Below are positions 39,566 to 48,723 of a DNA stretch of 64,000 nt, piece by piece. Within the stretch, counting starts at the first letter, position 1; every line of letters starts with the position of its first letter. The notes beneath the pieces are model-generated. The model had not been told where the DNA came from. It saw only the letters and a list, made by a program, of their open reading frames with translations, and searched no databases. Source of the stretch: an uncultured Thalassospiraceae bacterium (GTDB taxonomy: Bacteria > Pseudomonadota > Alphaproteobacteria > Rhodospirillales > JABHCV01); the NCBI GenBank assembly GCA_964344645.1, contig CAYFOJ010000013.1, forward strand, positions 61 to 64,060, given 5' to 3'. A program made the position numbers and the translations under genes.

Positions 39566-40543
39566 TCAGGCTTTATAATAGGCCCGATACCATTCGATAA
39601 ACCGGGGGATGCCGACATCGATTCCCGTGTCGGGTTGAAAGCCGAAATCCCGCTGGGACGTTTCGATGTCCGCATAGGTTTCCTTGACGTCGCCCGCCTG
39701 CATGGGCTGAAAGTCCACTTTCGCCTCCATGCCGAGGGCTTTTTCGATTTCGCCGATGAAATCCATCAGGCCGACGGTCCGGTGATTGCCCAGATTGTAG
39801 ACCCGGCAGGGCGGCGCGCCGTCGTCCACGGGCGGCTTGCCGAGACAGCCGAGAATGCCCGCGACGATATCGTCGATGTAGGTGAAGTCCCGACGCATCT
39901 TCCCCTCGTTAAACACGGGAATCGCCTCGCCGGCGAGAATCTTGCGGGTGAAGATATGATACGCCATGTCCGGCCGCCCCCAGGGGCCGTAGACGGTGAA
40001 GAAGCGCAGCCCCGTCAGCGGTATCCGATAGAGATGGGCGTAGGCGTGGCTCATCATTTCCATGGATTTCTTCGTCGCCGCGTAAAGAGAGACCGGGGAA
40101 TCGGTCCGCATGTCCGTGGACAGGGGCGCGGTGTCGCTGTCGCCGTAGACCGATGAAGACGAGGCGTAGACGAAATGCCGGAGCGCGGCCAGCTTGCGCG
40201 CCGCCTCCAGCAGCACCAGATGGCCTTCGATGTTGCTGCGGGTATAGGCGTAGGGGTTGATCAGGGAATAGCGGACCCCCGGCTGCGCCGCCAGATGGAT
40301 GATTTCGGTGATCTCCGGATGGCTTTCCACCAGGGCCGCCATCGCGTCCCTGTCGGCGATATCCAGCTTGACGAAGGAAAATCCGTCCCGCCCGTGCAGG
40401 CGGTCCAGCCGCGCCTGTTTCAGGGAGACATCGTAGTAGTCGTTCAAATTGTCGACGCCGATCACCCGGCGCCCCCCCTCGAGGAGCGCCAGGGACGTGA
40501 AACTGCCGATAAAGCCGGCGGCGCCGGTAACCAGTACGGTCAT
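39566..40543 (-). CDS. NAD-dependent epimerase (UDP-glucuronate 4-epimerase-like)
   Basis: GAAGFIG, DNLNDYYDV.LK..RL, HLAAQ.GVRYS, YAATKK and RFFTVYGPWGRPDMA motifs. Confidence 0.92.
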   Translation of the reverse strand: MTVLVTGAAGFIGSFTSLALLEGGRRVIGVDNLNDYYDVSLKQARLDRLHGRDGFSFVKLDIADRDAMAALVESHPEITEIIHLAAQPGVRYSLINPYAYTRSNIEGHLVLLEAARKLAALRHFVYASSSSVYGDSDTAPLSTDMRTDSPVSLYAATKKSMEMMSHAYAHLYRIPLTGLRFFTVYGPWGRPDMAYHIFTRKILAGEAIPVFNEGKMRRDFTYIDDIVAGILGCLGKPPVDDGAPPCRVYNLGNHRTVGLMDFIGEIEKALGMEAKVDFQPMQAGDVKETYADIETSQRDFGFQPDTGIDVGIPRFIEWYRAYYKA

Positions 40544-40727
40544 GAGAAGCCTTGTTGAAATCACGCGATTTGGAGGCACAGGTATATCGTGGGCGGCACC
40601 GGGAATCACGCCCTTTAACGGCCCCCACGGCAAATTTTATTGTCCCCCCACATTTGCCGGCGTTGTCTGCCGGGCCTTGAAGACGGTAGGGTAAGGCACA
40701 AACTATGTGACAGGAGACTCCCGAGCC

Positions 40728-43700
40728 ATGGCTTCGCCGACCTTTTCCCTTGACGACAAGTACACCCGGCGGGAAGGCCGGGTCTATCTGAACGGGTCGC
40801 AGGCGATGGTTCGCCTGGCCTTGATGCAGAAGGCCCGGGACGAAGGCAACGGCCTCAAGACCGCCGGTTTCGTTTCCGGCTACCGGGGTTCGCCGCTGGG
40901 TAATGTGGACAAGGAATTCTGGCGCGCCGAGGCCCATCTGGCCAGGGCGCATATCCGCTTCAAGCCCGGGGTCAACGAGGATCTTGCCGCCACCGCCATC
41001 TGGGGCACCCAGCAAACGCCCCTGTTCGACGACGCCACCGTCGACGGGGTGTTTTCCATCTGGTACGGCAAGGGGCCCGGCGTCGACCGCTCCGGCGACG
41101 TATTCCGCCACGCCAACATGGCCGGAACCGCCGCCAACGGTGGCGTCCTGGTGTTCGCCGGCGACGACCCGGCCTGCAAGTCCTCGACAGTCCCGAGCCA
41201 GAGCGAATACGCCTTCATCGACGCGCAAATTCCCATCCTCAACCCCTCCAACGTGCAGGACATCATCGATTTCGGCCTGATCGGCTGGGCCATGTCCCGC
41301 TATGCCGGGGTCTGGGTCGGCATCAAGGCGATCACTGAAACCATGGACAGTTCCTCGTCGGTGTCCGTTGATCCGGACCGCATACGGATCACCTTGCCCG
41401 ACGCATTCGACATGCCCGAAGGCGGCCTGCACATCCGCTGGCCCGACCAGCCCCTGGAACAGGAACGGCGGCTGCAGCAGCACAAGATCTACGCCGCCCT
41501 CGCCTTCGCCAAGGCCAACGGGCTGGACCGGACCGTCATCGACAGCCCCACCCCCCGGCTCGGCATCATCACCACGGGCAAGTCGTTCCTGGATGTCATG
41601 CAGGCCCTGGACGACCTGGGCATCGACCCGGAATACGCCGCCGAACTGGGCCTCAGGGTCTACAAGGTGGGCATGCCCTGGCCCCTGGAGCGCAGCGGCG
41701 TGCGCGCCTTCGCCGAAGGGCTGGAGGAAATCCTGGTGGTCGAGGAAAAACGGGCGGTGATGGAAAACCAGTTGAAGGAGCAGCTTTACAACTGGCGCGA
41801 GGACGTGCGGCCCCGGGTGGTCGGCAAGTTCGACGAAAACGGCGATTGGGTGCTGCCCTCCGCCTTCGAACTGTCACCGGCCCGCATCGCCCGGGTGATC
41901 GCCGCCCGCCTCGACCGCTTCATCACCAGCCCGCGCATCGCCGAGCGCCTAGCCTTCCTGGAGCGGAAGGAACAGCAGCTCGAGGCGACCAGCCATTCCG
42001 ACATCACGCGGATTCCCTATTTCTGCGCCGGCTGCCCCCATAACACCTCCACCGTGGTGCCGGAAGGCTCCCGCGCCGCCGCCGGGATCGGCTGTCACTA
42101 CATGGTCACCTGGATGGACCGGGAAACCACCACCTTCACCCACATGGGGGCGGAAGGAGCCAACTGGAACGGCCTCGCCCCCTACGTGGAAACCGACCAC
42201 ATGTTCGTCAACCTGGGCGACGGAACCTATTTCCATTCCGGCCTGTTGGCCATTCGCGCCGCCGTTTCCGGCGAGGTCAACATCACCTACAAGATCCTCT
42301 TCAACGACGCCGTCGCCATGACCGGCGGGCAACCCCACGACGGCCCCCTGTCCGTGCCCATGATCACCCGCCAGGTTTCCGCCGAGGGGGTCGAGCGCAT
42401 CGCCGTCGTTTCCGACCAGCCGGACAAATATCCCGCGGGCAGTGATTTCGCCCCCGGCGTCAGTTTCCATCACCGCGACGATCTCGACGCCGTGCAGCGG
42501 GAGCTGCGCTCGACCAGGGGCGTCAGCGCCATGATCTTCGATCAGACCTGCGCCGCCGAGCTGCGCCGACGCCGCAAGCGGGGCATGGCCCCGGACCCGG
42601 AGCAGCGGATTTTCATCAACCCGGACGTCTGCGAAGGCTGCGGCGACTGCGGCGACAAGTCCAATTGCGTCGCCATCGCCCCCCTGGAAACCCCTCTCGG
42701 GCGCAAGCGGGCCATCGACCAGTCCTCCTGCAACAAGGACTACTCCTGCCTCAAGGGCCTGTGCCCCAGCTTCGTCAGCGTCGGCGGCGCAACCGTGCGC
42801 AAGACGGCGCGGGAGGGCGTCGGCCAAGTCCCCTTCCCGGCCCTGCCGGAGCCGGAAGCCCTGCCCCTGGACGGCGCCTATTCCCTGGTCGTCACCGGCA
42901 TCGGCGGCACCGGGGTCGTCACCATCGGCGCCCTGCTGGGGGTCGCCGCCCACCTCGAGGGCAAGGGCGTCAGCGTCCTCGACCAGACGGGACTGGCGCA
43001 AAAGAACGGCGCCGTGATGAGCCACCTGCGCCTGGCCGACAGTCCCGACAGCCTCTACGCCGCCCGCATCCCGGCGGGAAGCGCCAACCTCCTACTCGGC
43101 TGCGACATGGTGACGGCGGGGGGATTCGAATCCCTGAGCAAGCTGAGCAAGGACGTTTCCCGGGCGGTGATCAATTCCCATCACACCATGACGGCGGCCT
43201 TCACCCGGCAACCGGACCTGACCTTCCCCGCCCAACGCATCCACGACGACTTACGGGACACCACCCTCGAGGCCGACTTCATCGACGCCAGCGGGTTGGC
43301 CACCGCCCTGCTGGGGGATTCGCTCGCCTCCAACCTGTTCGCCGTCGGCTACGCCTACCAGAAAGGCTGGATTCCGTTGCGGGGCCAGTCCATCGAACAG
43401 GCCATCGCGCTGAACGGCGTCGCCGTTGACTTCAACAAAAAAGCTTTCCTGTGGGGACGCCGAGCCGCCCATGACCGAAACGCCGTGGAACGGCTGGCCG
43501 CCCCGGAGAAGACATCAACCGAAGCCCCCGTCGATCCGCTCGAATACCGGGTCGGGGAATTGACCGCCTATCAGGACGCCGCCTACGCGGCCCGCTTCTC
43601 CGACAGGGTCGCCCGCATCCGTCAAGCCGAAAACGAGCGGACGCCGGGCCTGAGCGGCCTCGCGGACGCCGTTGTCCAGGCCTATTACAAGCTGCTCGCC

Positions 43701-44156
43701 TATAAGGACGAATACGAAATCGGGCGGCTTTACACGGACGGACGGTTCCTGCGGCGGCTGGAGGAACAGTTCGAAGGCTCCCTGCGCCTGAAATTCCACC
43801 TCGCCCCGCCCCTGATCGCGGCCCGCGACCGGCAAACTGGGGAGCTGCGGAAGTCGTTCTACGGCCCCTGGGTGCTGATTGTCTTTCGCATCCTGGCGGC
43901 CCTGAAAGGACTGCGCGGAACCCCCTTCGACCTGTTCGGCTATTCCGCCGAGCGGCGGCTGGAGCGGCGGCTCATCAGGGAATACGAGGATCTGCTCGAT
44001 GAAATCGCCCGCGACCTGAGCACCGACAATCACGACGCCGCCGTCGCCCTCGCCGCCCTGCCCCTGTCCATTCGGGGCTTCAACACGGTGAAAATGAAAA
44101 GCGCCGAGGAAGCGGAGGCGAGACGGGAAGCGTTGCTGAAGAAGTTCAGAAGCTGA
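40728..44156 (+). CDS. indolepyruvate ferredoxin oxidoreductase, fused single-chain type
   Basis: SGYRGSPLG, FCAGCPHN, GDGTY.HSG, CEGCGDC ferredoxin motif and GIGGTGVVT. Confidence 0.9.
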   Translation: MASPTFSLDDKYTRREGRVYLNGSQAMVRLALMQKARDEGNGLKTAGFVSGYRGSPLGNVDKEFWRAEAHLARAHIRFKPGVNEDLAATAIWGTQQTPLFDDATVDGVFSIWYGKGPGVDRSGDVFRHANMAGTAANGGVLVFAGDDPACKSSTVPSQSEYAFIDAQIPILNPSNVQDIIDFGLIGWAMSRYAGVWVGIKAITETMDSSSSVSVDPDRIRITLPDAFDMPEGGLHIRWPDQPLEQERRLQQHKIYAALAFAKANGLDRTVIDSPTPRLGIITTGKSFLDVMQALDDLGIDPEYAAELGLRVYKVGMPWPLERSGVRAFAEGLEEILVVEEKRAVMENQLKEQLYNWREDVRPRVVGKFDENGDWVLPSAFELSPARIARVIAARLDRFITSPRIAERLAFLERKEQQLEATSHSDITRIPYFCAGCPHNTSTVVPEGSRAAAGIGCHYMVTWMDRETTTFTHMGAEGANWNGLAPYVETDHMFVNLGDGTYFHSGLLAIRAAVSGEVNITYKILFNDAVAMTGGQPHDGPLSVPMITRQVSAEGVERIAVVSDQPDKYPAGSDFAPGVSFHHRDDLDAVQRELRSTRGVSAMIFDQTCAAELRRRRKRGMAPDPEQRIFINPDVCEGCGDCGDKSNCVAIAPLETPLGRKRAIDQSSCNKDYSCLKGLCPSFVSVGGATVRKTAREGVGQVPFPALPEPEALPLDGAYSLVVTGIGGTGVVTIGALLGVAAHLEGKGVSVLDQTGLAQKNGAVMSHLRLADSPDSLYAARIPAGSANLLLGCDMVTAGGFESLSKLSKDVSRAVINSHHTMTAAFTRQPDLTFPAQRIHDDLRDTTLEADFIDASGLATALLGDSLASNLFAVGYAYQKGWIPLRGQSIEQAIALNGVAVDFNKKAFLWGRRAAHDRNAVERLAAPEKTSTEAPVDPLEYRVGELTAYQDAAYAARFSDRVARIRQAENERTPGLSGLADAVVQAYYKLLAYKDEYEIGRLYTDGRFLRRLEEQFEGSLRLKFHLAPPLIAARDRQTGELRKSFYGPWVLIVFRILAALKGLRGTPFDLFGYSAERRLERRLIREYEDLLDEIARDLSTDNHDAAVALAALPLSIRGFNTVKMKSAEEAEARREALLKKFRS

Positions 44157-44157
44157 A

Positions 44158-44559
44158 TCACACGACGGCGCGGAGGTTGCCCTCGCGCAGCAGTTGCTCC
44201 TGGCTTTCCAGGCCGTGGCCGACGATAAGCATGTTGCCGTTGTTGTCCCGTATGCGGAAATCCCGGCAACCGTAATCGCGGTCGGCCAGGTCGCCGACGA
44301 ACTCGATATCCATGCCCCGCCATTCCCGATAGAGCGAGTCGGCGTCGCCGACATGGATATGACAGACGCCGCTGCCGGCAAAATCCTTGCGCCCCTCGCC
44401 GAATTCAATCACCGTGTCTCCGCGTCTGGCGACCCCGTAAGGTGGATTCGCCCATTCGACATCGATGGTGAAACCCAATTTTTCCTCATAGAATCGTGCC
44501 GTATCCTCAACGCTTTCGGCAGGCAGGATCGGCGTGACGCCCAAGAACCGGTGACTCAT
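44158..44559 (-). CDS. VOC/glyoxalase family protein, bleomycin-resistance-like
   Basis: P.LP...V..T..FY.EKLGF, D.D.LY and YG.R.F.I.D.NGN motifs. Confidence 0.82.
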   Translation of the reverse strand: MSHRFLGVTPILPAESVEDTARFYEEKLGFTIDVEWANPPYGVARRGDTVIEFGEGRKDFAGSGVCHIHVGDADSLYREWRGMDIEFVGDLADRDYGCRDFRIRDNNGNMLIVGHGLESQEQLLREGNLRAVV

Positions 44560-44596
44560 TTTTCGCGACTCCCTTGTTTCGATATTGCAGACGAAA

Positions 44597-44625
44597 ACAG
44601 TACAAAACAAGAACATTTATGGCAA
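44597..44625 (-). promoter_or_regulatory. promoter TTGCCA-N17-TACTGT with overlapping alphaproteobacterial LexA box (GTTC-N7-GTAC)
   Basis: Minus strand TTGCCA taaat GTTCttgttttGTAC tgt; box at 44600-44614, about 40 nt upstream of the VOC start. Confidence 0.65.
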
Positions 44626-44672
44626 GCGAATTGTCCGGCATGCCCATGGCCGCGGGTTAGAGCCATCCGTTC

Positions 44673-45566
44673 TTACAGCACATACCACATCAGCAGCGGC
44701 AATGAGGCGAAGGAAAGGGCGGTGGATATCACCACCATTCCGGCGACCTCTTCCGGAGCCCGTTGGTAGCGCTGAGCGAACAGGTAATTGAAAACGGCGA
44801 CGGGCATGGCCGACTGGACGATCAACACCCCCCGCTGCAAGCCCTCCACCTGGAAGGCCTCCACCAGGCCGAGCCCGACGGCGAAGCCCATGCCCAGGCG
44901 CAGCAAGGCAAAGAGCGTGCTGCGCGGCAGGGCGGCGATGCGAAGACTGGCCAGGGACACCCCCAGGGTAATCAGCATCATCGGGATGGTCATGCCGCCG
45001 AGAATCCGCATGGTGTTGGCGACGACGGCAGGCGGTTCCTGGTCGAGAACCATCAGCACAACGGCGGCCCCGACGGCGTAGAGGATCGGCATCCTGGCCA
45101 AACTGCGTAGCGCCAGGGTGCCCGAGAAAATCATCGTGCCGATAGTGAACTGGCCGACGACGGAGACGGAAAAAAAGGCGATGGCCAGCGCCAATCCCTC
45201 ATCGCCGAAGGCCAACAGGCACAGCGGCAGGCCCATGTTGCCCGCATTGGAAAACATCAGCGGCGGAAGATAAGTCCGCAAGTCGTTGCCGGTCACTATA
45301 AGCAACAGGCCCGATACCAGGGCGAAACCGCCGATGGCGAGACCCGCCATGAGAGCCATGAAACCAAACAGGTCCGGGTTGATCTCCGCCGAGGTCAGGG
45401 TGTGGAACACCAGACACGGCGTGCCGATATTGCTCATCAGGGCGGTCACCAGTTCCACGTCGTAGGGATGACGGCGCTTGGCCCAGATAAAGCCGATCCC
45501 GGCGCAGATGAACACCGGGGCGACGATGGCGAACAGGTCGTTGAGGATGTTCGGAATGCTACTCAA
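44673..45566 (-). CDS. AEC (auxin efflux carrier) family transporter
   Basis: PCLVF..L, F.NAGNMGLPL and QSAMP.AV.NYL.A..Y motifs; TTG start overlapping the pyk stop. Confidence 0.87.
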   Translation of the reverse strand: MSSIPNILNDLFAIVAPVFICAGIGFIWAKRRHPYDVELVTALMSNIGTPCLVFHTLTSAEINPDLFGFMALMAGLAIGGFALVSGLLLIVTGNDLRTYLPPLMFSNAGNMGLPLCLLAFGDEGLALAIAFFSVSVVGQFTIGTMIFSGTLALRSLARMPILYAVGAAVVLMVLDQEPPAVVANTMRILGGMTIPMMLITLGVSLASLRIAALPRSTLFALLRLGMGFAVGLGLVEAFQVEGLQRGVLIVQSAMPVAVFNYLFAQRYQRAPEEVAGMVVISTALSFASLPLLMWYVL

Positions 45567-46974
45567 CCCAGACGATCCGCAGGATATTGGTGGCCCCCGG
45601 GGTGCCGAAGGGAACCCCGGCGGTGACGACCAGGGCGTCGTCGGTGTCGGCGAACCCCTCGTCCTTGGCCGACTGGACGGCGATGTTGACCATTTCCGTG
45701 AAGCTCGTCAGGTCCGCCGTCATCAGGGAATGCACCCCCCAAACGAGGGCCAGGCGGCGGGCCGTTTCCTCTCTCGCGGTCAGGCCGAGAATGGGAACCG
45801 TGGGCCGCTCCCGGGCCGCGCGGAGGGTCGTCGAGCCGCTCGAGGAGAAGGTGACGATGGCCGCCGCCGATATGGTCTGCGCCGACTGGCGGGCGGCGGC
45901 GGTGATCGCATCGGCGGCGGTGTTTTCCGGGTCGCGCCGTTCGGCGTCGGTGATCTTGCGGTAGAGCGGATCGACCTCGACCCGGTTGATGATGCGGTCC
46001 ATCATGGAAACCGACTCGATGGGATACTCGCCGACGGCGGTTTCCGCCGACAGCATTACCGCGTCCGCCCCATCGTAGACGGCGGTGGCGACGTCGGAGG
46101 CCTCCGCCCGGGTCGGCGTCGGCGCGTGAATCATGGATTCCAGCATCTGCGTGGCGACGACCACCGGCTTGCCAGCACGGCGGCAGGAGTAGAGAATTTG
46201 CTTTTGCGTCGCGGGCACGTCTTCCGGCGGCAATTCCACCCCGAGATCGCCACGGGCGACCATGACGGCGTCTGCAAGGTCGACGATCTCGTCCAGATAA
46301 TCAATGGCCGACGGCTTCTCCAGCTTGGCCAGGACCCCAGCCCGCCCGGCGATCAGCTTTTTCGCTTCGGAAACATCCTCGGGACGCTGGACGAAGGAAA
46401 GAGCCACCCAGTCGACCCCCAGTTCCAGGCCGAATTCCAGGTCCCGGCGGTCCTTTTCGGTGATCGGCGTCAGGTCGAGCATGGCGCTCGGGACGTTGAC
46501 GCCCTTGCGGTCGGACAACTCGCCGCCGGTAATGACCATGGTTTCGGCGAAGTCCTCACCGCATTTCTGCACCCGGAGTTCGACCCTGCCGTCGTCCAGC
46601 AGCAGCTTCATTTCCGGTTTCAGGGCGGCAAAGATTTCCGCGTGGGGCAGGCAGGCCCCTTCGGCGGTACCCTTGATGTCGTCCAGGCATAACCGGAACG
46701 GCTGCCCGGCGGTCAATTCCGCCCTGCCGTTCTCGAAGGTACCCAACCTCAGCTTCGGTCCCTGCAAATCGAGCAGGATGCCGATGGGACGGCCGAACTC
46801 CTTCTCCAGGCGGCGGATGGCCTGAAAGCGCTGCTTGTGGTCCTCGTAGGCGCCATGGGAAAAGTTCAGGCGAAAAACATCGACGCCCGCCCGGAACAGC
46901 TCGCCGATGCTCTCCTCATCCGATGTCGCCGGTCCCAGCGTCGCGATAATCTTGGCGTTGCGTCTGCGTCTCAT
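45559..46974 (-). CDS. pyk: pyruvate kinase
   Basis: KIIATLGPA, FRLNFSHG, DLQGPKLR, MVARGDLGVE and ATQMLESM motifs. Confidence 0.97.
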   Translation of the reverse strand: MRRRRNAKIIATLGPATSDEESIGELFRAGVDVFRLNFSHGAYEDHKQRFQAIRRLEKEFGRPIGILLDLQGPKLRLGTFENGRAELTAGQPFRLCLDDIKGTAEGACLPHAEIFAALKPEMKLLLDDGRVELRVQKCGEDFAETMVITGGELSDRKGVNVPSAMLDLTPITEKDRRDLEFGLELGVDWVALSFVQRPEDVSEAKKLIAGRAGVLAKLEKPSAIDYLDEIVDLADAVMVARGDLGVELPPEDVPATQKQILYSCRRAGKPVVVATQMLESMIHAPTPTRAEASDVATAVYDGADAVMLSAETAVGEYPIESVSMMDRIINRVEVDPLYRKITDAERRDPENTAADAITAAARQSAQTISAAAIVTFSSSGSTTLRAARERPTVPILGLTAREETARRLALVWGVHSLMTADLTSFTEMVNIAVQSAKDEGFADTDDALVVTAGVPFGTPGATNILRIVWVE

Positions 46975-47139
46975 CAATCCACTTTCCCGATTTCGTCTTG
47001 TCCCGCTCAAATTCTTCTTAACCGTTCTCCATTAAGATTTTATTGCTCCCCCGCGTTAAAGCCGCCGGAAAGCCTTTCGAAACCTTTACCGGCGTATTAT
47101 GTAGGGGGTGAAGCAAGCGACGGACAGACCCGGACCGCC

Positions 47140-47463
47140 ATGATCAAAAAGTTCCTTTCCAACGCCATGCTCTCCCTGATCATGGACAAGCAGGCGAAAG
47201 AGAAGCTGCAGGCGGCCAGGAACCCCGGCAAGACGGGAAAACAAAAGGCCGGGGCGAAGGCCCGCCGGGCGCCGAAACCACCCGTTCCCCCCGCCCCCGG
47301 AAAGACAGAACCGGAAGCGCCCATGGACCGGGAGGCCTTGATTCGCAACGCCCTGGACATCCACCGGCGGCAAACGAAAATCCTCGATGACCTGGACGAA
47401 GGCGAAAAGAAAAAGCTTCAACTCCTGGCCATGCAGTTAATGCTTGAAAAAATTCGTCGTTAA
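47140..47463 (+). CDS. hypothetical protein (107 aa; basic/Pro linker, helical C-terminus)
   Basis: Codon usage looks coding; divergent from pyk; no family recognised. Confidence 0.6.
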   Translation: MIKKFLSNAMLSLIMDKQAKEKLQAARNPGKTGKQKAGAKARRAPKPPVPPAPGKTEPEAPMDREALIRNALDIHRRQTKILDDLDEGEKKKLQLLAMQLMLEKIRR

Positions 47464-47577
47464 TCGGAAAACAAGCCCCCATATCATCGTGTGGATTGTT
47501 TTTGACTGGCATTGCCGGCGTCAATCATCAATGATTGCGGCTTGTCTTTGCCCCAGCCTCCCGATTGGACCCGGCCC

Positions 47578-48108
47578 ATGACCACGGACCACGAATCGCA
47601 ACTTTTGAAATCCGAATTGAACGGATTGTTTCGTTATCTGGCGCGGGTCCGCAAGGAAATCGCCGCCATTAGCTGGCCGGTCGAGGAAGACCATCATTTC
47701 AGCAGCATGGGCGAGCAGTTGGACGCCATCGTCGGGGCCACGGAAAAGGCCACGGACACGATCATGGAATCGACGGAACGCACCCATGATATCGTCGATG
47801 AACTGCGTCAGACCCTGACCGATGAACATCAAATCGCCCTGCTGGATCGAATCGCCGGCCACGGCAACGACATCATGGAAGCCTGTTCTTTTCAGGACAT
47901 TACCGGCCAACGGGTCAGCAAGGTGGTGAAATCCATTTCCTATGTTGAAGACCGGATCAGCGCCCTGATCGAAATCTGGGGCAAGGAGGAACTTGAAAAG
48001 GTGGAAGTGGACGCCCCGGAAAAGACGGAAGACGAAAAACTGCTTGCCGGTCCGCAACTGGACGGGCAAGGTCTCGACCAGGCCGCAATCGACGCCCTGT
48101 TCGATTGA
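47578..48108 (+). CDS. cheZ: CheZ family phosphatase (alphaproteobacterial type)
   Basis: QLDAIV.ATE.AT..IM, EAC.FQDITGQRVSKVV and LL.GPQL...G..Q..IDALF motifs. Confidence 0.85.
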   Translation: MTTDHESQLLKSELNGLFRYLARVRKEIAAISWPVEEDHHFSSMGEQLDAIVGATEKATDTIMESTERTHDIVDELRQTLTDEHQIALLDRIAGHGNDIMEACSFQDITGQRVSKVVKSISYVEDRISALIEIWGKEELEKVEVDAPEKTEDEKLLAGPQLDGQGLDQAAIDALFD

Positions 48109-48139
48109 CCCTTAAACGGATATCTTGACGAGGACTTTC

Positions 48140-48718
48140 ATGTTTCGCCACTTCGCGACCCGACTTTCATTTCTCCTTTCCCTTCTTCTCACATTGACAC
48201 TGGCTCCCATGACCGACAGCAACGCAGAGACCCCGACCGATCCCGAAAACACCCTATACCTGGAACTCGAGCATGGCCGGGTGGTCATCGAACTGCGCCC
48301 GGACCTGGCGCCGAACCACGTCGCCCGCATCAAGGAACTGGTCCGCCAGAAGTTTTACGACGGGCTGGTCTTCCACCGGGTCATCGGCGGCTTCATGGCC
48401 CAGACCGGCGACCCCACCGGCACCGGTTCCGGCGGCAGCGGCCAGAAGCTGAAGGCGGAATTTTCCGACGAACCCCATGTCCGCGGCACCCTCTCCATGG
48501 CCCGCAGCCGCCATATCGACAGCGCCGATTCGCAATTCTTCATCGTTTTCGCCCGCGCCCGTCACCTGGACGGCCAATACACGGTTTGGGGAAAGGTCAC
48601 CAAGGGCATGAGCGCCGTCTCGAAGATCAAACGCGCCGATGAAGACAACCCCTCCGGCATGGTGGATGATCCGGACCACATCGTCAGCATGCGGGTCGCC
48701 GCCGACGTCGAGGAATAA
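48140..48718 (+). CDS. cyclophilin-type peptidyl-prolyl isomerase with signal peptide
   Basis: APNHVARI.EL, FYDG..FHRVI.GFMAQTGDP.G.G.GGS and SQFFI motifs. Confidence 0.93.
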   Translation: MFRHFATRLSFLLSLLLTLTLAPMTDSNAETPTDPENTLYLELEHGRVVIELRPDLAPNHVARIKELVRQKFYDGLVFHRVIGGFMAQTGDPTGTGSGGSGQKLKAEFSDEPHVRGTLSMARSRHIDSADSQFFIVFARARHLDGQYTVWGKVTKGMSAVSKIKRADEDNPSGMVDDPDHIVSMRVAADVEE

Positions 48719-48723
48719 GCGCC

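Noticed and set aside
44620-44635. TGGCA-N6-TTGT as a sigma54 promoter
   Set aside because: It lacks the -12 GC, and the same bases are better explained as the -35 of the minus-strand LexA promoter.
47018-47035. TTAA...TTAA upstream of the hypothetical gene/pyk as a CtrA box
   Set aside because: The spacer is 10 nt rather than 7.
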